Shown here: positions 9,337 through 16,206 of the stretch, one piece after another | Layout: each line of letters begins with the position of its first letter | Position numbering within the stretch: position 1 is the first letter of the stretch | Source of the DNA: an uncultured Gemmatimonadaceae bacterium | Lineage (GTDB): Bacteria > Gemmatimonadota > Gemmatimonadetes > Gemmatimonadales > Gemmatimonadaceae | Length of the DNA stretch: 64,000 bases | Direction: 5' to 3' | Assembly (NCBI GenBank): GCA_963781585.1 | Contig: CAWAGQ010000013.1 | Location: 448,001-512,000, forward strand | The notes under the pieces: generated by a model | What the model was told of the DNA's origin: nothing | Seen by the model: only the letters and a program-made list of their open reading frames with translations | Databases searched by the model: none | Program-made: the position numbers and the translations under genes

Positions 9337-11644
9337 AACCCGTATCTCCCGCCAGCGCCCGTTCCGACGCGCCGGCGTGTTGCGTGCGTTGTTCGACGAA
9401 ATCCGACAGCAGCGCCTGCACGCGTTCGAGCGAGAACAGGCGCGGGTCGTGGGAATCGGCTTCGATCACCAGCGCCGGGATCCCCGTGAGGCGTTGGGCG
9501 CGGACGGCGAGGCCGTACCGCACGTGGCTGGCTTCGGCGGTGGTGCGGCAGTCGTGATAGACTGCCGCGTCGACGCCGAAGCGTTCGAACTCTCGCGCGA
9601 GGTAGGCCGTCTTGTACTGCTCCGAGCGGTTGCCGAACACGCCGGTGTATGCCTCCGCCATGCTCGCGATCGGGTCGTGCGGACCGAGGCCCTTCAGCGC
9701 AAACACACTGCAGAATGTGGAGGCGACGACGGCGGTTCCCGTCCCGGCGAACAGTCCCGACAGGGCGCGCAGCGCACCCCAGATAGGCGGTCCGTCCCAG
9801 TAGACGCGATGAAATTCGCTGGGGACGGCCGCAACACCCTGAGCGACGCGCTGTTCGATTTCGGCCTTGAGCTCGCGGTAGTAGGCGACGGCCTCGGGCG
9901 TGCCGCGCAGCAGGAGCATCGGCGCGAGGTGGGTCACGGCGTCGAAGAAGGTCAGCGGTGCGGGGGTCGCCTGCCCCAGCTCGAGAATCTCGTTCCACAG
10001 CGCCGACGCCTGGGCGCTCCACTCCACGATCTCGGCCAGCCGGTCGGAGTCGAGCGGTCGTCCACTGACTCTGCGGAGTTGAATCGACAGGCGCGTCCAC
10101 TGGTCGATTGCGGCGTCGAGGTCGATCCGCTCGAGGTCGTGGAGCGCGGTCGGTGGATGCAGTCCGACGACCGGCACGCCATAGTGAGCGCCGTAATACT
10201 CGAACCAGCGACGCAGCTCGTGTCCGGTGTTGGTGCTGTACACCGCGACGTCGGGGCGGGGCGGTCCCTTGATGCCGTGGGCGGTCACGAGCGGGCTGCT
10301 CCCCTCCAGCAACGCGCCGACGTCGGCGCGCATGGCGGCGCTGGCGAACTGCGAGAACCCCTCGGCCGTGGCCCGGGCGATGAGCGGCGCCGCCTGACGA
10401 GTGGCACCGATCAGGGCGGCGTGGTTCTCCGGAAAGTACGGCAGCATGTCGAGGGCCCGAATGATCTCCACCGGGCCGAGCCCCGAGCAGGCCGCCACTT
10501 TCCGGTCGGGGTCATCCGACGCGGCCTCGACATCGAGATAGTACGCGTGGATCAGCTCCTTCAGGCGGCGGGTGGATTCGAGCCGCGGTCCGACGAACGG
10601 CAGACCGGCGTCGGCCCCTCTCGCTGTCGGCCGGGACGGCGCCCTCGGCCGGGCACGGTCGCCGCCATGCGCGGCGCCCGCGTCGAGCCCCAATCGTCGC
10701 GCGAGCTCCTGCTTGTTGAGAAACTTCTGGCGCTCACGGGAGTGGATGAAGTGGACGATCGCCGCGTTATGCGGCGCCGTCAGCCCCAGCCGGCGCGCCT
10801 CGGCCACGATCGCGCCGTTGAGCGCGTCCACTTCCGTGCGCGTGCCGCGGGACAGGTCCTGCCACATCGACGGCCGGTTCTTCGCCAGCGCTTTCAGCGA
10901 TCCGATGATCGGACGGAACGGATCCTCCTCGTCGACGATCGGGACGCCTCGCGCCCGCATCACGGCGATGATCTCCATGGCGAGATCGCGCATGAACGCG
11001 AGCAGCTCGTCGTCGCCGAGGATTTCGCGGCACGTCAGCCCGGTGAGCGCCGAGGTCGGGTTCACCACCGCGTTGTGCAGGAGCTTCTGCCAGACGGCGT
11101 GATCGACGTTGTCGACCACGGTCGTCTCGAGCCCGGCCCGCCGGAACATCGCGCCGATGGCCTCGATCTCGGGCGTGACGGTGCCGGCCATGGGCGCGAT
11201 CTGGACCGGCTTGATCCCGGCGCGGTAGTGCAGGCGGCTCGGACCGGCGTGCTGGATGCTGTGGTACGTGATGCCGCACAACACATGGTCCGGGGCCACG
11301 TGGCGCGCGATGGCCTCCACGTTGCCGATGCCGTTCTGCATCGAGAGGAACCAGGTGCCCGGATGAACGACCCCCATCACCGCCTGCACCGCGTCCTCGG
11401 TCTGATAGGTCTTGGTCGCGATGAAGACCAGGTCGAACGGCGCCGCACCCTCGACGGTGGTCACCGCCCGCACCGGATAGCAGCTCTCCTCCTCGCCCAC
11501 CCGGGTGATCGACAGACCGGATTCGTTCAGGAGCTGCACGCGGGCCTTGTTCACCTCGAGGAGCGTGACGTCCTCGCCATCGCGCGTCAGCAGAGCTCCC
11601 ACCAGCCCGCCCAGGGCGCCGGCACCCACGATCACGATTCGCAT
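9323..11644 (-). CDS. Fusion: ketopantoate reductase (PanE/ApbA) domain + 2-hydroxyacyl-CoA dehydratase-like domain
   Basis: N-half 'GAGALG', 'QNGIG', 'WQKLLHNAVVNP', 'SMWQDL', 'TEVDALNG'. C-half 'FPENHAA', 'WDGPPIWG', 'HDCRT', 'EADSHDPR'. One continuous 773-aa ORF with a Pro/Arg/Ala linker. Confidence 0.85.
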   Translation of the reverse strand: MRIVIVGAGALGGLVGALLTRDGEDVTLLEVNKARVQLLNESGLSITRVGEEESCYPVRAVTTVEGAAPFDLVFIATKTYQTEDAVQAVMGVVHPGTWFLSMQNGIGNVEAIARHVAPDHVLCGITYHSIQHAGPSRLHYRAGIKPVQIAPMAGTVTPEIEAIGAMFRRAGLETTVVDNVDHAVWQKLLHNAVVNPTSALTGLTCREILGDDELLAFMRDLAMEIIAVMRARGVPIVDEEDPFRPIIGSLKALAKNRPSMWQDLSRGTRTEVDALNGAIVAEARRLGLTAPHNAAIVHFIHSRERQKFLNKQELARRLGLDAGAAHGGDRARPRAPSRPTARGADAGLPFVGPRLESTRRLKELIHAYYLDVEAASDDPDRKVAACSGLGPVEIIRALDMLPYFPENHAALIGATRQAAPLIARATAEGFSQFASAAMRADVGALLEGSSPLVTAHGIKGPPRPDVAVYSTNTGHELRRWFEYYGAHYGVPVVGLHPPTALHDLERIDLDAAIDQWTRLSIQLRRVSGRPLDSDRLAEIVEWSAQASALWNEILELGQATPAPLTFFDAVTHLAPMLLLRGTPEAVAYYRELKAEIEQRVAQGVAAVPSEFHRVYWDGPPIWGALRALSGLFAGTGTAVVASTFCSVFALKGLGPHDPIASMAEAYTGVFGNRSEQYKTAYLAREFERFGVDAAVYHDCRTTAEASHVRYGLAVRAQRLTGIPALVIEADSHDPRLFSLERVQALLSDFVEQRTQHAGASERALAGDTGYATG

Positions 11645-11687
11645 CAGCGCCTCCCGCGCCGGATGATCCGTCGCATCATCGGGGCGC

Positions 11688-12461
11688 TCACCGGTTCTTC
11701 CACGCCGGGCGGCGCTTTTCGGTGAACGACGCGATGCCCTCGCGCACGTCCTCGGTCGCCATCAGTTCATCCAGGAAAACGCGTTCGGCCTCGCGCCGCG
11801 CTACCTCGAACGGCCGACCCTGCAGCCGTCGCGCGAGCCGGACGTTCATGCGCATGACGAGCGGGCTCGCGCGCCGCAGGTCGTCAAGCAGGGCGTCGAG
11901 GACGGCGGTCAGGTCCCCGGACGGCGCGACGCGCGAGACGAGCCCCATTGCCTGCATCTCGGCTGCCGAATACGTCCGGCCCGTGCACGTGACCTCGAGT
12001 GCGCGCGCGAGGCCGATTCGGGACGCCAGCCAGGTGACGCCGACCGGCGCGAAGAACCCCAGCCGGATCTCCGGCTGACCAAACGTGGCGCGGTCGCTGG
12101 CCACCAGCACGTCGGCCATGGCGGCCAGCTCGAATCCAGCGCCTAACGCCGCACCATCCACGACCATCACGAGAGGCAGCTCGCTCGCCCCCAGGGTGCC
12201 GAAGAGCGCGCTGAACGCGGCGATCATGCCCGGCGCCTGCCCGGGAGCGTGCTCGCCCACGTCGGCGCCGGCCGAAAAGGCGCGGGCCTCCGAGCTGAGC
12301 GTGATCGCCTTGAGCGTGCGATCGGCCAGGGCGCGCTCGAGGGCGTCGGTCAGGGCCCCCATCATCGCCGCGGTGAGGATGTTGAGCGGTGGTGAGTCCA
12401 GCGTCAGGTGCGCGACGTCCTCACGGACCTCGTACCGTACCAGACTTGCGCGGTCGGTCAT
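11688..12461 (-). CDS. dch: Cyclohexa-1,5-diene-1-carbonyl-CoA hydratase (crotonase fold)
   Basis: 'PPLNIL', 'FSAGADVGEH', 'GAGFEL', 'FGQPEIRLG'; bcr context. Alternative GTG start at 12470. Confidence 0.72.
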   Translation of the reverse strand: MTDRASLVRYEVREDVAHLTLDSPPLNILTAAMMGALTDALERALADRTLKAITLSSEARAFSAGADVGEHAPGQAPGMIAAFSALFGTLGASELPLVMVVDGAALGAGFELAAMADVLVASDRATFGQPEIRLGFFAPVGVTWLASRIGLARALEVTCTGRTYSAAEMQAMGLVSRVAPSGDLTAVLDALLDDLRRASPLVMRMNVRLARRLQGRPFEVARREAERVFLDELMATEDVREGIASFTEKRRPAWKNR

Positions 12462-12477
12462 CGTCGTCACGGTCTCC

Positions 12478-13227
12478 TCACATGCACTGGCCGCCGTCCA
12501 CCCGGATCACTTCACCCGTCACGTGACGGGCGCGATCCGAGCAGAGGAAGACCACCATCTGCGCGATATCCTCGGGGTCAGCGATGCGGCCGAGTGGGGA
12601 CTCGCGGATTGCGCCGTCGAGCACGCCGCGCGGCAGCGCGGCCGCCATGTCGGTGTGGACCATGCCCGGCGCCACGCAGTTCACGTTGACGCCGAACGCT
12701 CCCAGTTCGCGGGCGAGCGAGCGGGTGAACGCCATCACTCCCCCTTTCGACGCCGCGTAGTTCGACTGCCCGAACTTTCCGCGCAGCCCGTTGATCGACG
12801 AGATGGTCACGATCTTGCCACGCTGCTGGCCACGAAAGGGCGGTACGACCGCGCGGCAGTAGGTGAAGCATCCCTTCAGGTTCACGTCGAGTACGTCGTC
12901 CCACGCTTCCTCGGTCATTTTCCAGACCACGGCATCGCGCGTGATGCCGGCGTTGCAGACGAGGATGTCGAGACGCCCCAGCTCGCGGATGGTCGCGGCC
13001 ACGCTGTTCTCCGCCGCTTCCATGCTCGTGACGTCGGCGCCGAGCGCCACCGCCCGGCGGCCCGAGTGGCGCAGCTCGCCCGCAATCGACTCGGCGCCGG
13101 CGAGAGCGCCCAGGTCCACGAGCGCCACATCGCAGCCTTCGCGCGCGAATTCGCGCGCGATCGCTGCGCCGATGCCGCGTCCGGCGCCCGTGACCAGCGC
13201 CACCTGTCCCGCCATCCCGAGATCCAT
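12478..13227 (-). CDS. Short-chain dehydrogenase/reductase (FabG/BzdZ-like)
   Basis: 'TGAGRGIG', 'NAGITRD', 'YAASK', 'VDGG'. Confidence 0.85.
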   Translation of the reverse strand: MDLGMAGQVALVTGAGRGIGAAIAREFAREGCDVALVDLGALAGAESIAGELRHSGRRAVALGADVTSMEAAENSVAATIRELGRLDILVCNAGITRDAVVWKMTEEAWDDVLDVNLKGCFTYCRAVVPPFRGQQRGKIVTISSINGLRGKFGQSNYAASKGGVMAFTRSLARELGAFGVNVNCVAPGMVHTDMAAALPRGVLDGAIRESPLGRIADPEDIAQMVVFLCSDRARHVTGEVIRVDGGQCM

Positions 13228-13235
13228 CCGATGTC

Positions 13236-14210
13236 CTAGCCTGTCCGGCCCGCGCCATTCAGCGCCGCGCCGCAACTCCCGCAGAACGTGAAGTCGGCGG
13301 GAAGCCCCGTCGCGCCGCAGGACTCGCACGTCGTGGCGTATGGTCCCCACAGGAATTCGCTGCTGGCCCCCGACGCCGCCCGCTGGCGCAGCCCCGCGAA
13401 GTCGACCTTCCGCTTCTCGACGAACGCGCGCATCCCCTCGTACGGCTCCAGCGTGGTGAAGTGCGTGGAGAGCCAGTCACGCGCGTGCCCGATGGTGGCG
13501 TTCCAGGCGGACTCCTTCCAGTAGTTCACCTGCTGCTTGGTGTAGCGCGTGCACTCGGGGAACTTCTCCAGCGCCTGCTGCGCCAGCCCCTGCACCTCGT
13601 CATCGAGGCGGACCCGCGGCACCACGCGGTTCACCAGTCCCCACTCCAGGGCCTGACGGGCGGGGATCCGCGGGTTCAGGAAGAGCATCTCGCGCGCGCG
13701 CCGGTCGCCCACGTGAATCGACAGCCACTGCGTCGCTCCACCCGCGGCCACGCTGCCGACGCTCGATCCGACCTGCCCCAGGTACGTGTCGTCCGCCATC
13801 ACCGCCAGGTCGCACGCCAGCTGCGATTCGTTCCCGCCGCCCACCGCGATGCCGTTGAGCCGGGCGATGGTGATCTTCCCGCTGCGGAGGATGCTCTCGA
13901 TGTAGCGGCTGAACAGGCCCATGTACTTCCAGTAGTCGCGGGGGCGCTTGGTGTAGACGGCGGCGTACTCCTTCACGTCGCCGCCGGTGCAGAACGCCTT
14001 GTCGCCCGCGCCGGTGTACACGATGACCCCCACCGCGTCGTCGTTCGAGGCATCCTCGAAGGCGACGATCAGCTCCCGCAGCGTGTCGGTGGTGTACGCG
14101 TTGTACGACTCGGGGCGGTTGATGGTGATGCGCGCCACCATGTCGCGCTTTTCATAGAGAATGTCCTTGAACCCGAAGCAGGTCGCGTCCTTCGAAGGGA
14201 AATACTCCAT
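13236..14210 (-). CDS. oah: 6-oxocyclohex-1-ene-1-carbonyl-CoA hydrolase (ring-opening), with C-terminal CxxC..CxxC
   Basis: 'YNAYTT', 'TGAGDKAFCTGGDVKEYA', 'VGGGNESQLACD', 'FPECTRYTK', ends 'CESCG...FCGSCG'; bcr context. Confidence 0.78.
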   Translation of the reverse strand: MEYFPSKDATCFGFKDILYEKRDMVARITINRPESYNAYTTDTLRELIVAFEDASNDDAVGVIVYTGAGDKAFCTGGDVKEYAAVYTKRPRDYWKYMGLFSRYIESILRSGKITIARLNGIAVGGGNESQLACDLAVMADDTYLGQVGSSVGSVAAGGATQWLSIHVGDRRAREMLFLNPRIPARQALEWGLVNRVVPRVRLDDEVQGLAQQALEKFPECTRYTKQQVNYWKESAWNATIGHARDWLSTHFTTLEPYEGMRAFVEKRKVDFAGLRQRAASGASSEFLWGPYATTCESCGATGLPADFTFCGSCGAALNGAGRTG

Positions 14211-14285
14211 CCGTCGATACCTCAGTCGCAGTTGGTCACCGATGAGCGGTATGGTCGATCGTCTGATTGTTCGTCACGCTCCGCG

Positions 14286-15491
14286 TCATTCCACCTTCAC
14301 CACGATTGCCGCTGCGCTGTCGCCGGCCGCGCATCCGGTGAACAGTCCATAGCCGCCGCCCAGGAGCGTGAGGTCCTCGACCAATTCCATGATGGCACGG
14401 AGCCCCGTGGGTCCCTGCGGGTGTCCCCACACCAGCGAGCTGCCGTGGCGATTCATCATCTCCGGGTCGAGGCCGAGCTCCCGCGACAGGTACACATCGT
14501 TGACCGCGAACGGATTGTGCGTCGTCACACTCGTCAGGTCGCCGGCGCTGATTCCGGCACGCTCCAGCGCCTGACGCGCGGCCGGCGCCACCGCCATCGG
14601 CATGAATCCCTTCCTGACCCGTGCCTGTCCGTACGACAGCAGCCGGATCCCCACCGCGCCGTCGCGCGAGAGCGCCTGTGCGCGGTCCCGGCTCGCGGCG
14701 AGGATCATGGCCGCGCTGCCGTCGGCCGGGTGCGTCTGCGTGCCGAAGGTCACCGTGCCCCCGTCGATGACGGGGCGCAGTCCCTGCAGCCCCTGCGCCG
14801 TGGTCGGAAAGACGCCCTCATCGCCGGTGACGGTCGCCAGAACCTTCCTGCCGCGCGCGTCCTTCACCTCGACCGGCCGCACCAGGAACCGCGACAGGAA
14901 CGCGCCGTCGTCCGCGGTGGCGAGTTGGTACTGGCGGAAGCGCAGCAACGCCATTTCCTCCTGTGCCGCGCGGCTGATGCCTGCCTCACGCGCCACGTTC
15001 TCCGCCGTTTCCACCATCGAGTTCCTGGCGTATGGATCGTGGCCGAAGCTGTCGAGCACCCAGTTCTCGGCATCGCCCGTGCCGCCTGGGCCGGCGGGAT
15101 TCGGATAGTAGACGTGTGGTCCATTGCTCGTCCGATCGGCCGACGCAGCGAGGTAGACGGTGGCGCTCCCCGATTCCAGCTCCTGGGCGCCCTGCACCAG
15201 GGTCCGGACCGATGTCGCGCACGCCTGGTTGATGGTCGGCCCGGTCACGTGGCACAGTCCCGCGAGACCGGCAAACCACGGCGCCCCGTAGAACGACCCC
15301 TTGCTCGGCACGGTCGTGCCGAGACACATGCCGTCGAACGCGGAGACGTCGACGCCGCGCTCGGACAGCGCGCGTTTCGTGACATCGGCGGCGAAGGGAA
15401 TCGGCGCCAGCGGCGCGAAGCTCCCCTGCCATGCGCAGAACGGCGTCGACCAGTAGCCGCCGTACGGAATCCAGGTGTTCGTGAATTGCAT
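14286..15491 (-). CDS. Thiolase family protein
   Basis: 'QACATS' nucleophile, 'HNPF' in place of NEAF, 'GHPQGPTG', 'CAAGD'. Confidence 0.85.
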   Translation of the reverse strand: MQFTNTWIPYGGYWSTPFCAWQGSFAPLAPIPFAADVTKRALSERGVDVSAFDGMCLGTTVPSKGSFYGAPWFAGLAGLCHVTGPTINQACATSVRTLVQGAQELESGSATVYLAASADRTSNGPHVYYPNPAGPGGTGDAENWVLDSFGHDPYARNSMVETAENVAREAGISRAAQEEMALLRFRQYQLATADDGAFLSRFLVRPVEVKDARGRKVLATVTGDEGVFPTTAQGLQGLRPVIDGGTVTFGTQTHPADGSAAMILAASRDRAQALSRDGAVGIRLLSYGQARVRKGFMPMAVAPAARQALERAGISAGDLTSVTTHNPFAVNDVYLSRELGLDPEMMNRHGSSLVWGHPQGPTGLRAIMELVEDLTLLGGGYGLFTGCAAGDSAAAIVVKVE

Positions 15492-15549
15492 CGTCGTCCT
15501 CACACAGGGCGGGGGAGGCCGGCGGCCGACCCCGCGTCTTGGCTCGTGC

Positions 15550-16206
15550 TCATTGCCCGCGCCCGTCGTGGCGCAGCCCGTTGAGCACGAGGTCCAGCAT
15601 TTCCTCGCCGACCTGTTCCACCGGTCCATGGCGGGCCGGATCGTACCACATGAAGATCCAGTTCAGCATACCGAAGATGAACAGCGTGGCGTGGCGGCTC
15701 TCCCGCGATGCCCCGGCAGCGTTAGGCGGACCGTCCTTCACCTCCGCGACCACGTCCGTCATCAGCCGGTAGTAGCGCCGGCGCAGCGACTGGATGGTGT
15801 GGTAGGGCTCGCCCGTCAGCGATTCCAGCTCGTACGTGCACGCCTTGAGCTCGTTGCGATGGTGCGAGAAGAACCCGAGGTGTCCGATCAGCAGCCGTCG
15901 GAACCGCTCCTCCGGCGTGCCGGGCTGCTCGGCGACTTCCTCCTGCGCCTGCAGCAGTGAGCCGAAGGTCCGGTACTGGAGCTGATAGAGCAGGTCCTCC
16001 TTGCTGGCGAAATAATGGTACAGGCCCGCCAGGCTCACCCCCACCGCCTGGCTCACGTCGCGCATCGAGGTCGCCTCGAATCCCTTCTCCGCGATCAGCG
16101 CCGCCGCCCGGGCCAGCAGGTGATCGACCTTCTGCCGGGTCGTCGCCCGTGGGCGCTGGTGGCGTGCCGTGGCGGCGGGCATGGCGGGATCACGCGGGAT
16201 CGTCAT
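15550..16206 (-). CDS. TetR-family regulator, PaaR/KstR2-like (acyl-CoA sensing subgroup)
   Basis: HTH 'GFEATSMRDV...LYHYFASKEDLL'; C-terminal 'IFGMLNWIFMWY'; ATGA overlap with the upstream gene. Confidence 0.85.
   Translation of the reverse strand: MTIPRDPAMPAATARHQRPRATTRQKVDHLLARAAALIAEKGFEATSMRDVSQAVGVSLAGLYHYFASKEDLLYQLQYRTFGSLLQAQEEVAEQPGTPEERFRRLLIGHLGFFSHHRNELKACTYELESLTGEPYHTIQSLRRRYYRLMTDVVAEVKDGPPNAAGASRESRHATLFIFGMLNWIFMWYDPARHGPVEQVGEEMLDLVLNGLRHDGRGQ

Noticed and set aside
11645..11687. GATGAT/ATCATC hairpin between dch and the PanE fusion as a terminator
   Set aside because: Short imperfect stem with no T-tract.
9224..11725. Long plus-strand ORFs opposite real genes (also 13461-15584, 16404-18365, 42512-44800, 56576-59221, and minus-strand 252-2582)
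   Set aside because: Antisense shadows typical of high-GC coding DNA; no recognisable motifs.
14239..14251. ACCG-N5-CGGT inverted repeat between the thiolase and oah as an internal operator
   Set aside because: Only 4-bp arms in GC-rich DNA and no match to the two upstream boxes.
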